The notes below the pieces were generated by a model. That model had not been told where the DNA came from. It was given only the letters and a program-made list of their open reading frames with translations, and ran no database searches. DNA of 45,432 nt. Source: Bacteroidales bacterium (lineage in GTDB: Bacteria > Bacteroidota > Bacteroidia > Bacteroidales > Tenuifilaceae). The DNA lies in assembly GCA_051715525.1 (NCBI GenBank), contig JBPXJX010000250.1:1-45432 (forward strand). Reading direction: 5' to 3'. The position numbers and the translations under genes are program-made. Of this stretch, positions 19,518 through 29,100 are shown one piece after another; position 1 is the stretch's first letter; each line of letters begins with the position of its first letter.

Positions 19518-21044
19518 ATGAGCAATCGTAGAGTTAGAGTTCGTTTTGCGCCAAGCCCAACAGGGCCGCTACATATAGGTGGTGTTCGCACCGCCCTTTT
19601 TAACTACTTTTTTGCAAAAAAGCATGGGGGTGATTTCCTTCTTCGTATTGAGGATACCGACTCACAACGCTTTGTGCCGGGGGCAGAGGAATACATCAAC
19701 GAATCGCTTGGTTGGTGCGGAATAAAAATTGACGAGGGAGTTGTTGAAGGTGGAAAGCACGCACCATATCGCCAAAGCGAGCGCAAGGCAATTTATAAGC
19801 AGTATGCCGATCAACTCATTGCATCGGGAAATGCTTACTTTGCCTTTGATACTCCAGAGTCATTAGATGATCTTAGAAAAAATGCTGAAACCAAAGGTGA
19901 GGTTTTTACCTATAACTATCAGGTCAGAAATAGTATGCAAACCTCTTTGGCCCTGCCAAAGGATGAGGTTCAATCACGCATTGCTAGAGGCGATCAGTGG
20001 GTTATTCGCTTTAAGATGCCCGAGAACGAAGAGGTGAAAATGACCGATCTTATTCGTGGCGAAGTGGTTGTAAACACTTCAACCCTTGATGATAAAGTTC
20101 TTTTTAAAAGTGCCGATATGCTCCCAACATACCATTTGGCAAACGTTACCGACGATTACCTTATGGAAATATCGCATGTTATACGTGGCGAGGAGTGGTT
20201 GCCTTCGCTTCCTTTGCACGTTTTACTTTATAGAGCCTTCGGATGGACCGATAAGATGCCCCAATTCGCACACCTTCCTTTACTATTAAAACCAACGGGT
20301 AACGGCAAATTAAGCAAACGAGATGGCGATAAAATGGGATTCCCAGTATTCCCTTTGCTTTGGAAATCGGCTGAAGGTGAAACCTCTCGCGGATACCGCG
20401 AGGATGGCTATTTCTCTGAGGCGTTCGTCAACCTTCTTGCCCTTTTAGGCTGGAACTCAGGAACCGAGCAGGAGCTATTCAGCATAGATGAACTAATCCA
20501 ACTATTCTCTCTTGAAAGAGTGCATAAATCGGGTGCTCGATTCGACCCCGAAAAGACCAAATGGTTCAACCATCAATATCTTGTAAAAAAGAGCAATGCT
20601 GAACTGGCTGGGCTTTTCATGGCAACTCTCAACGAGAAAGGCATAAATGCTGATTTGACAAAAGTTGAGAAGATTATAGGCCTCGTAAAAGAGAGAGTAA
20701 ATTTTGTTAACGAGATTTGGGATCAGGCTTACTTCTTCTTTACCGCACCACAATCGTACGATGAAGCAACTGTAAAGAAAGCATGGAGCGCAGAAACCCC
20801 TGAAATGCTGAACAAGGTTGTTGACTTTATCAATACCATTGAGCCATTCAATGCACAAAATATTGAGCATCTTCTAAAAGAGTTTATCAACGCCAATGGA
20901 CTTGGTATGGGTAAGGTAATGAATGCCTTAAGGCTAAGCCTTGTTGGAGCATCAAAAGGCCCTGGTGTTGCCGATATTTGTGATGTAATCGGAAAAGAGG
21001 AAACCGTAACGAGGATTAAGAAAGCGATCGCTTCAATAAAATAA
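19518..21044 (+). CDS. gltX: Glutamate--tRNA ligase
   Basis: RFAPSPTGPLHIGGVRTALFNY contains the HIGH motif and KLSKRDG the KMSKS-type motif. The length is typical. An alternative ATG lies at 19509. Confidence 0.93.
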   Translation: MSNRRVRVRFAPSPTGPLHIGGVRTALFNYFFAKKHGGDFLLRIEDTDSQRFVPGAEEYINESLGWCGIKIDEGVVEGGKHAPYRQSERKAIYKQYADQLIASGNAYFAFDTPESLDDLRKNAETKGEVFTYNYQVRNSMQTSLALPKDEVQSRIARGDQWVIRFKMPENEEVKMTDLIRGEVVVNTSTLDDKVLFKSADMLPTYHLANVTDDYLMEISHVIRGEEWLPSLPLHVLLYRAFGWTDKMPQFAHLPLLLKPTGNGKLSKRDGDKMGFPVFPLLWKSAEGETSRGYREDGYFSEAFVNLLALLGWNSGTEQELFSIDELIQLFSLERVHKSGARFDPEKTKWFNHQYLVKKSNAELAGLFMATLNEKGINADLTKVEKIIGLVKERVNFVNEIWDQAYFFFTAPQSYDEATVKKAWSAETPEMLNKVVDFINTIEPFNAQNIEHLLKEFINANGLGMGKVMNALRLSLVGASKGPGVADICDVIGKEETVTRIKKAIASIK

Positions 21045-21117
21045 TTTGCTTTCACGCGTCATCAGGCGCGTGAAACTTCCTCACTTTTCAACTCATCAAC
21101 AAAAGCTTGAGCCTGCT

Positions 21118-21141
21118 GTTGTATATGTAATTTTATACAAC
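21118..21141. promoter_or_regulatory. Perfect 8-bp inverted repeat immediately upstream of the pirin start codon
   Basis: GTTGTATA-tgtaattt-TATACAAC ends 4 nt before the ATG at 21146. It could be an operator or an initiation-region hairpin. Confidence 0.3.
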
Positions 21142-21145
21142 AAAT

Positions 21146-21862
21146 ATGGCAAGTACAGTTTTACACAAAGCCGAAACCCGTGGTCATGCAAACCACGGAT
21201 GGCTAAATAGCTACCATACCTTTAGCTTTGCTAACTACTATAACCCCGACAGAATGCACTTTGGCGCCCTTCGGGTGTTGAATGATGATACCGTTGAAGC
21301 AGGCGAGGGTTTTGGAACACATCCGCACGATAACATGGAGATAATCTCGATTCCACTCGAAGGGGATCTTGAGCACAAGGACAGCATGGGCAACGTGGCA
21401 GTTATCCGGAATGGGGATATACAAGTAATGAGTGCTGGAACAGGTATTTACCACAGCGAGTACAACAAGAATAGGGATAGAAGGGTTAAGTTCCTTCAGA
21501 TTTGGGTATTCCCAAATAAGAAAAACGTGACGCCTCGGTACGATCAAATAACCCTAAATGAGGAGGATCGGCACAATAGGTTTCAGCAGATTGTCTCGCC
21601 TAACACAAACGATGCTGGTGTTTGGATTCATCAGGATGCGTGGTTTCATCTTGGAAAATTCGACAAAGGCGTTAGCCAAGATTATGGCCTTAGATCCAAG
21701 GGAAATGGGTTATACGTATTCGTTCTCACCGGAGAGATTGAGATTGAAGGCCAAACTTTAAAAACGCGCGATGGGTTTGGGCTATGGGATCTGGATAAGG
21801 TTAAGGTTACTGCAAACTCTGAATCAGAGTTTCTTTTGATGGAAGTTCCTATGAGTGTTTAA
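21146..21862 (+). CDS. Pirin-family (bicupin) protein
   Basis: N-terminal cupin metal motif GFGTHPHDNMEIISIPLEGDLEHKDSMGN, at a length typical of YhhW-type pirins. Confidence 0.85.
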   Translation: MASTVLHKAETRGHANHGWLNSYHTFSFANYYNPDRMHFGALRVLNDDTVEAGEGFGTHPHDNMEIISIPLEGDLEHKDSMGNVAVIRNGDIQVMSAGTGIYHSEYNKNRDRRVKFLQIWVFPNKKNVTPRYDQITLNEEDRHNRFQQIVSPNTNDAGVWIHQDAWFHLGKFDKGVSQDYGLRSKGNGLYVFVLTGEIEIEGQTLKTRDGFGLWDLDKVKVTANSESEFLLMEVPMSV

Positions 21863-21865
21863 AAA

Positions 21866-21903
21866 AGAAGAGTTCCGATATCTTAAAGACATCGGAACTC
21901 TTT
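21866..21903. terminator. Bidirectional intrinsic terminator between convergent genes
   Basis: aaaaGAGTTCCGATatcttaaagacATCGGAACTCttt is a 10-bp perfect stem between the pirin stop (21862) and the minus-strand stop (21917). Confidence 0.75.
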
Positions 21904-21916
21904 CAAACAAACTAAA

Positions 21917-22252
21917 TTACTCCTTCTTATCAGTTGAGCAACATCTGCTCTTCCATTCCTCACGCATCTTTTCACGCTCCTCTGGGCTCATGTGGAAGCG
22001 ATGCATCCTTTCGTGAACATGCCCTTTATGGCAGCTTTTAAATCCTCCAAAAAGGATTCGGGTTAGAATTAGCAAGCCAATGCCCTGCCAGAATGTGATA
22101 GTATGCCATCCGAATAGATCGGGAAGTATACCATTCCACAACGACATAATTACAAACCCAAGTAATAAAACCAAAGCGGCAATTCCAATAGGGATTAAAA
22201 TGATTCTGCTAATCCAAAACCCAGTACTTCTTTCTTTACCACAACACATCAT
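21917..22252 (-). CDS. Small two-TM membrane protein with Cys/His-rich termini (candidate ECF-sigma partner)
   Basis: Starts 21 nt downstream of the sigma-factor stop. It has two hydrophobic helices, an N-terminal MMCCGK and a C-terminal SCHKGHVHERMHRFH...RCCSTD. Confidence 0.6.
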   Translation of the reverse strand: MMCCGKERSTGFWISRIILIPIGIAALVLLLGFVIMSLWNGILPDLFGWHTITFWQGIGLLILTRILFGGFKSCHKGHVHERMHRFHMSPEEREKMREEWKSRCCSTDKKE

Positions 22253-22273
22253 AACTGTAAATTTTAATTGTTA

Positions 22274-22837
22274 TTAATTATTATATAATGTCTTTAACCT
22301 TTCTCGCAAGTAGGCTACAGCATAACGCTTACGAGATATGAGGGTTTTAATATTCTCGCCTGTGATATCGGAAATCTGCTGAAAAGTAAGATCATCCAGC
22401 TCGTTCCAAATGAACACCATCCGTTGAGCCTCGGGAAGTTCATCGAGTGCTGAAAAAATGGCCTCTCGAAGCGCATTGCGCTCCATCTCACTTTCGGGAT
22501 TAATGATATCTGCCAAAAACGCTTCGGGGTAAACGGTTTCGCCATCATCGTCGGTGTAGGCCATATCCTCTAAGGATTGAGTCTGCTTTTTACGTTGCTT
22601 ATCAACAATCCTGTTTCGGCTTACCCTAAAAAGCCATGCGCTAAGCTGATCGATGGGTTCGATATCGATAATATTACCCAGCTGGTACCAAACGTCCTGA
22701 ATAATATCCTCGGCATCGGCATCGCTTTTAACGCGACCACGAATGAATTTGAATAGGTTTCGCCCATATTCCTGAACAGCATCTTTAAGCTTCTGCTGGC
22801 GCTGTTGAGCCATTGGCAATGCAATTAAATCCTCCAT
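22274..22837 (-). CDS. ECF-type RNA polymerase sigma-70 family factor
   Basis: Region 2 reads DAEDIIQDVWYQL...WLFRVSRNRIVDKQRK. Region 4 reads LPEAQRMVFIWNELDDLTFQQISDITGENIKTLISRKRYAVAYLRERL. Confidence 0.88.
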   Translation of the reverse strand: MEDLIALPMAQQRQQKLKDAVQEYGRNLFKFIRGRVKSDADAEDIIQDVWYQLGNIIDIEPIDQLSAWLFRVSRNRIVDKQRKKQTQSLEDMAYTDDDGETVYPEAFLADIINPESEMERNALREAIFSALDELPEAQRMVFIWNELDDLTFQQISDITGENIKTLISRKRYAVAYLRERLKTLYNN

Positions 22838-22901
22838 ATACTATGGAAGACGAATGAGTGGTAAAATTACTTTAAAGGTATGGCGATTTTTTTACAACGA
22901 G

Positions 22902-25379
22902 TTACAGTACAACCATCAAAGTAATTTTATAGGCCATGTTATCCTTGAAATTACTAAAGTTATAGCTATCGTATCGATAGAATGCACCAAAACCCAACCC
23001 AAAGAAACCGTTCGATAGTAGTTTGTTAGCATAAACACCTGCTTCGTAGTAACCTTTTGTTGGAACTTTTGCTTTAATGTCGCTTGGTAAAACGTGTAAC
23101 ATATTTGCCGACATATCACCAAAGCTGATATTGTTTACAATTGCAAATTCGGGCTGAAATTTCTTTGACCCTGTAACCCACAACAACTTTCCAAAATCGT
23201 GCTTGAAGAAGATATTTACAAACCTATCGGATATGAACTCGTTCATGCGCATAGCCGCAAAGCTATGGGCAGCATCGGGGGTTACATAACCAAGGAAATT
23301 GGCTCGTCCAAAGTACATCAAGGTCATTGGAACTTGACCAAATACCTGACCAGCATCGATGCTAATCTTTGTTTTACCTAAAACTCTCCACTTTATGGTT
23401 TTATCTAATCTAAGTTCAACCTTATCGTAACTATATCCTCCATTATAAGCATCTAAGCCTTTCATATACCTTACCCATAAAACTGGAAAATCGACGTTTA
23501 AAGGGGTTATTGTACGAGAAGTTTGCATAAATCGCTCGCCGGGAGATATTCGCAACGTAGCAGAAAGCTGTGCTTGGTTAAAGCCGCTGAGCGTATCGCC
23601 GGTTAAAGCATCTTTATAACTAATCCCGGATAGAAACCTATACTTTTGATCGGCTGCAGAAAGGTAAACCTTGAATGATTTTAAAAATCGAAAAGAAAAA
23701 TCGACTCGTTGCTCTTGAATACCATCCATTTTGGCAATTGACATCATACGCCCATTATCGCCACCGAAAAGAAAACCATTATCGCTTAAAAAAGAATACG
23801 TTCCTATTTCCTGAACATCGAAAGTATAAGAATATTTGAGACGAACCTCCTGTTTTTGGCTAAAAGTTAGCTCTGTAAAACCTCCGTATTTATTTGCCTT
23901 GTCCTCGAACCCGTATGCTGTATAGCCCCCAACGGTAAAAAATTTCGAAAATTTTTGGCTTGTTTCGAGGCCAACTCCTAAACGAGCACCTTCGAACTGG
24001 TTAAACCTAAATATTTGCCCTAGGTTCAGGTTCAAATAACCAAGTGGCCAACGCCCAGTAACTAGCGTCTCCATAGCCATCATCCACCTATCAAAATTAT
24101 GCTTTCGCCCTATACTGTCGATAATTCGGTAAGTTCGCATTTCTAACGCTGTTAGGCTATCCTTGCGGAATAGCTGCCAGTAGGCGTTATTCCTTTCGCC
24201 AGCCTTTGGATCAATAACCGTTTCGATATGGCTGAAGTTTGTTGAACTCAACGTTGGATTAATTTCAATATCCTTTAAATATGATTTACCAATGCCAATC
24301 ATTTGCATTGAATAGCTTATGCCCGTTTTCTTGTTTACATTATCGGGAAGGGTTGCAATTAAATCGGTATTTAGCTCTACAGGAAACCAAGTGCTATCCT
24401 TAATGCGTTCGTAACGCTGCTGTATTTTAACCGACAAAATACCAACATTAATTGATGGTTCAGCAATAACGTTTTGAACGGCGTATCCTCTCGAGTTAAT
24501 GGTAAGTTGACCAACCAATCCCTCAAAATTTCTATCCTTATGCGGCCGAAACGAGATAACAAATAGGGTATCGTTTTCAGGAGTAAATAGAGTATCCTCA
24601 AGTATGAAAAGGTATTTTTTTGTACTCCCCCCGCTAATAGGGTTTAGGTATATTTTATCAACAATAGTGATTTTCTCGTTATAAAATGAAAACGATTGAA
24701 CCTGCGTTGCAATAAATATAATTGAAGGATCTTTTAACCCCGAAACCCTTGATGCAATAACCGTTTCAGAATTACTGCTAGGACTTTGATGCTCCTTTTG
24801 GGTTACTGTTTCAATAAGCATAATCCCATGCTGGTTCTTAATACTATCAAGCTTATGAACAAATTTACTATCCTTAATAATTGAGTCGCCACCTGATTCT
24901 CTAATCTTGCGAGCCATTATTTTATCAAAAGTATAGTAAAGCTTGTTGTAGCTGGTATATCGATACGATTCCAATTTTTCGGGGTTATTCCTGTTGCGGT
25001 TATTATACGCTGCAATAATGATTCGATGCGCAGGGTTAACTCCCGGTTTAACAACTACCTCTGTTATCTGATAGCTGGTTTTTGTTAACTCAATACGAAA
25101 AGGTTTGTTATAATTGCTCTCGTTAATCTGGATGGTTTGGGGGAGATAACCCAAGTATGATACTTTAAGCCAACGAACCGGGTCGTTTGTGGTAATTTTA
25201 AAATCCCCATCGAGCCCTGAGGTAAAGCCGTTCCCCTTTTCGTTGAATACAACATTAACAAATGGTAGGGGTTCACCCGTTTCGGCGTCCAGAATTTTTC
25301 CCTTTAAGGTTATCTGCGCAATGGCAGTAAATGTGAGAAAAGTAAATAGAATAACGAGTAGGGTATTTTTTGATGTCAT
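22902..25379 (-). CDS. CarboxypepD_reg-like domain + DUF5686-type large beta-barrel-like protein
   Basis: Signal peptide MTSKNTLLVILFTFLTFTAIAQ followed by ITLKGKILDAETGEPLPFVNVVF, a carboxypeptidase-regulatory-like fold. The rest is a long beta-rich region. The ATG at 25379 is preferred over the TTG at 25424. Confidence 0.7.
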   Translation of the reverse strand: MTSKNTLLVILFTFLTFTAIAQITLKGKILDAETGEPLPFVNVVFNEKGNGFTSGLDGDFKITTNDPVRWLKVSYLGYLPQTIQINESNYNKPFRIELTKTSYQITEVVVKPGVNPAHRIIIAAYNNRNRNNPEKLESYRYTSYNKLYYTFDKIMARKIRESGGDSIIKDSKFVHKLDSIKNQHGIMLIETVTQKEHQSPSSNSETVIASRVSGLKDPSIIFIATQVQSFSFYNEKITIVDKIYLNPISGGSTKKYLFILEDTLFTPENDTLFVISFRPHKDRNFEGLVGQLTINSRGYAVQNVIAEPSINVGILSVKIQQRYERIKDSTWFPVELNTDLIATLPDNVNKKTGISYSMQMIGIGKSYLKDIEINPTLSSTNFSHIETVIDPKAGERNNAYWQLFRKDSLTALEMRTYRIIDSIGRKHNFDRWMMAMETLVTGRWPLGYLNLNLGQIFRFNQFEGARLGVGLETSQKFSKFFTVGGYTAYGFEDKANKYGGFTELTFSQKQEVRLKYSYTFDVQEIGTYSFLSDNGFLFGGDNGRMMSIAKMDGIQEQRVDFSFRFLKSFKVYLSAADQKYRFLSGISYKDALTGDTLSGFNQAQLSATLRISPGERFMQTSRTITPLNVDFPVLWVRYMKGLDAYNGGYSYDKVELRLDKTIKWRVLGKTKISIDAGQVFGQVPMTLMYFGRANFLGYVTPDAAHSFAAMRMNEFISDRFVNIFFKHDFGKLLWVTGSKKFQPEFAIVNNISFGDMSANMLHVLPSDIKAKVPTKGYYEAGVYANKLLSNGFFGLGFGAFYRYDSYNFSNFKDNMAYKITLMVVL

Positions 25380-25681
25380 TTTGTATAAGTTTTTTGTACA
25401 CCTGTTTAACAAAAGGAGTGCCAAGGTATATTAATTTAAAAATATTGGTTGCAATGCAATTTGTTTTTGGTTTTAAAATACTAATCGAATTATGCGCTGC
25501 TATATTAAACATCTTCTGAAATCTATCGAAGTCAAATTTCAAACATTATTCTAATAAGAAATATTAATATATTATTTATTTTGTTATATTATTAAACGTT
25601 TTTATTGTTATTTAAAATTTTATTTATAATTTCATCATTGATTATAGTATTTAATATAATTTATTACAAATATTTTTATCA

Positions 25682-26140
25682 ATGAATGCTCGTTTTATTA
25701 AATTAACACTACTAATAGTGCTCGGCAATATCTGTTCAGCATTAAACGCACAATCCTTTCAGGCAAAATACGCATACGATGCCAATGGGAACCGCATATT
25801 AGCCAACATTATCTACTTGAGCACAAACGCCCCGAACAATGCGCCAGTTAAGGTGGAGGAGTCACTTAAAATCGGCGAGTCACAGGAATTGAAAGTCAAT
25901 ATCTACCCCAACCCAACCAAGGGTGACCTTCGTGTTGATATTGAAGGTGGCACTGGTAACCTGTTCGATAACCCCAATAATGCAATCAAGGTTTGGGATA
26001 TGCAGGGTAAACTTGTCGTTGCTATTACATCTATTGGAGCAAGCAATCGGGTTGACCTTAACCAATTCGCCAAGGGTGCTTACATTATGCACATCATTTT
26101 AAAGGGGGAGACCAAAACCTACAAAATTCTCAAAGATTAA
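25682..26140 (+). CDS. Mini-protein: Sec signal peptide + single YD repeat + T9SS type-A C-terminal sorting domain
   Basis: Contains MNARFIKLTLLIVLGNICSALNAQ, then KYAYDANGNRILANI, then VNIYPNPTKGDLRVDIE...IKVWDMQGKLV...LNQFAKGAYIMHIILKGETKTYKILKD. It ends 15 nt before the Rhs ATG. Confidence 0.8.
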   Translation: MNARFIKLTLLIVLGNICSALNAQSFQAKYAYDANGNRILANIIYLSTNAPNNAPVKVEESLKIGESQELKVNIYPNPTKGDLRVDIEGGTGNLFDNPNNAIKVWDMQGKLVVAITSIGASNRVDLNQFAKGAYIMHIILKGETKTYKILKD

Positions 26141-26155
26141 ACAGCGCTACAAATA

Positions 26156-29100
26156 ATGAAAAAAATTACAATACTACTTGCGATTGCAGGTTATTTAACC
26201 ATTGCAACCGCACAAACCCAATCGTTAGATAAAACAAATTGTATCCCAGGAACTATTGGTGGAAGTATCGATATTAGCCCAACTGGTGCAGCAACCTATC
26301 AGCTACCCATTCAGGTCTCGCCTGGCTCGCATGGCATGCAGCCCAACCTGAGCATTGTTTACAGCAGCCAGAGTGGCAATGGGCTGCTGGGTTGGGGCTG
26401 GAACTTGGCAGGTATTTCCTCCATCTCGAGAGCAAGTAAAAACTCATATTACGACGGTCGTTTTGAAGCAATCGCATTATCCGATAGTGACAAATTCGTT
26501 CTCGATGGCGTTCGACTCATTAAGAGAAATTTAACCAACATATTCAATCCAGTAAATAACCCTTACATTAATGTGACTTATAACAATGTCTCCTTTACTG
26601 TTATGACACAAGATGGAACAATTATAGAATATGGAAACACTCCCGACTCAAGAGTATTTACAAAAAATGGCATAGTTCCAATTACATGGGTAGTGAATAA
26701 AATTACAGATGCAGATGGTAACTATATTCAATATTTTTATACAAATAGCATTGAAACTGGAGAATTAAAAATAAGTGAGATCAAGTATGCTGGGAATAGC
26801 ATTAGTCAAAAGGAACCATATAACAGCATAAAGTTCTATTATGACTTACGCAACGATTCCAACACCTCATTCATTGCTGGAGGTAGCGCTGTACAAAGCT
26901 CTATACTCACAGCAATCAGAGTTTATGCTGATGGCGTTCTTTCAAAAGAATATGGATTTAGATACAATTTCGATGGGTACAGCAAGCTTAGTGCCATCGA
27001 ACTCTCCGCTGATGGTGTAAAGTACAATCCTACATTAATAAATTGGGGTAGTATGCCCAACTATACTATAGTTGCAGAGAATGCATCACTTGGCACTCTA
27101 AAAGACTTCGAACTTCATTTTGGAGACTTTAACGGCGATGGACGAATCGATATTGCTAAAAGTAAAGACTCATTACTTATACTCAACATCGCAATGAACG
27201 GCGGAGGTTACTCAACTTACAACTCAATAATTCCATTTCACACTAAAGGCACCTATGATGGATTTAATATCAAAGATGATCGGAGAAAGAAAAGTCTCAA
27301 CATTCTCGATTGGGATAACGATGGGCGCGACGACATCGTTTTAAACACAATTCTATGTCGAAGATCAATAGAAGTTAAACCACCTCGCCACTCGGAACCA
27401 GATTATCCTGTCTATGAATTATTTTCGAATGCAGATGCGTACTCTTTTAATGGAACCGGGTTAAGCACTAAATCGATAGCCTCGGTTATAACAAATATTT
27501 CTCTTGGAGCAACAATTTTAACATTGAAGGACGCAAAGGAGTGTAATTTCTACTTTGCCGATTTTAATAATGACGGCAATATGGACATGCTTACCGTTAA
27601 AGATAAAATATTAACCAACTGTAGTGGCTTCTCGGTACCCACTTTACCATCGATTCCCGATATTGCAGATATTAAGATGATGGACTTTGATGGCGATGGC
27701 CAAATTGAATTCCTTGCCCTTACAAAAAAAACAATCAATCAAACAGATAAATACTATGGTTCCATCTGGAAGTATAATAAAAATGCTTTTATCTGCAAGT
27801 ATGGTGGAGATTTTAATTTAGAGTTCGGGGATCCTCGCGATATTTTCATTGGCGATTTTAATGGCGATGGGAAATCCGATTACCTAACATTTTTGAACAA
27901 CTCTTGGGCTGCTAAATATTCAACAGGTACTAATTTCTATTCTGGATTTGTTCCTAGTGACTTCTTAAATAATAAGGCTTCTCAAACCGGTGAATATTTT
28001 TACGAGAAGCGTGAAGATATGAATATAGTATATGAAAGTCTTAGAACAAATACTGGTTTATGCTATTTCGGTGCGACAATAATCAACCAAAAACCCAAAA
28101 CGGCCGTGTACTCTCCGGCAACGACAATACTAGTCGACGATATTAACAATGATGGTAAATCAGATATTATACAGGCTGTAAATGGTATCGTTTGTGTTTT
28201 TACCTCAACAGGTATGGGCTTTACCAAGCAAACATCGGCTACTGTTTCAACGGTTAAGTCAACCGATATAAATAAAATTCGCCTTTACTCCGTAGATTTT
28301 GATAATAGCGGACAAAAACAGCTTATTTATGGTAATGATGACTATCCATTCACAAGTAATTTAGAGATTTCCTCTTCCCTTTGTGTTCCAAATAGAATAG
28401 TTGTTACACCGGGTAATGCTGTTCATGAATGCTATAAAAGGATACGTTTTACTAACCCTCTTGATCAAAATCTCTATGTTAGCTCCATCACCGATGGCAT
28501 AGGCAATAAATCGCAGTTTACATACACCACTTATACCGATAACCGTCAGTACACCACCTCTTTCCCAAAACCTACTTTCCCGTTGATACTCATTCGCGGA
28601 CCTATGAGGATTGTGAATAGCATCGTTACTACTAACGGAGTTCAAACACTGACCAACATCACCAACACCTATGCCGATGGCTACCTACACGCTGGGGGTC
28701 TTGGTTTTCTTGGATTTAAAACCTTTACATCAAACAATAGCATAAGTGGATCAACTACCACAAATATATTTGAACATACCATCCCCAGCACTTCAGATAT
28801 ATACTCCCCCTGGCTAAAAAAGCAAACCACAATCGTAGGTGCTACTCCTGTTTCGGAGATAACCAACGAGGTGGCTGCCCTTAATCTCAGTATAAGTAAT
28901 AAATCGTTTATACAATTTAACCAAAAGGTAACCTCAAAGGATCTGTTAAAAGGTATTGCTAGTACCGTTAACAGCGAGTTTGATTTGACTGTGGGTAGGG
29001 TAACAAAGCGAACATCCCTTTACCAATGCCCAAATACCAGCAGCTGGGAGGAAACGGTTAGCACAACTTACGATCTGCTTTCGAATAGCTTTTCCCGCCC

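Noticed and set aside
21050-21075. Hairpin TTTCACGCG...CGCGTGAAA after gltX as an intrinsic terminator
   Set aside because: The stem is good, but no T-run follows it. It is not annotated as a confident terminator.
21146-21862. Pirin as part of the adjacent ECF sigma unit
   Set aside because: It is convergently oriented and separated from that unit by a strong bidirectional terminator.
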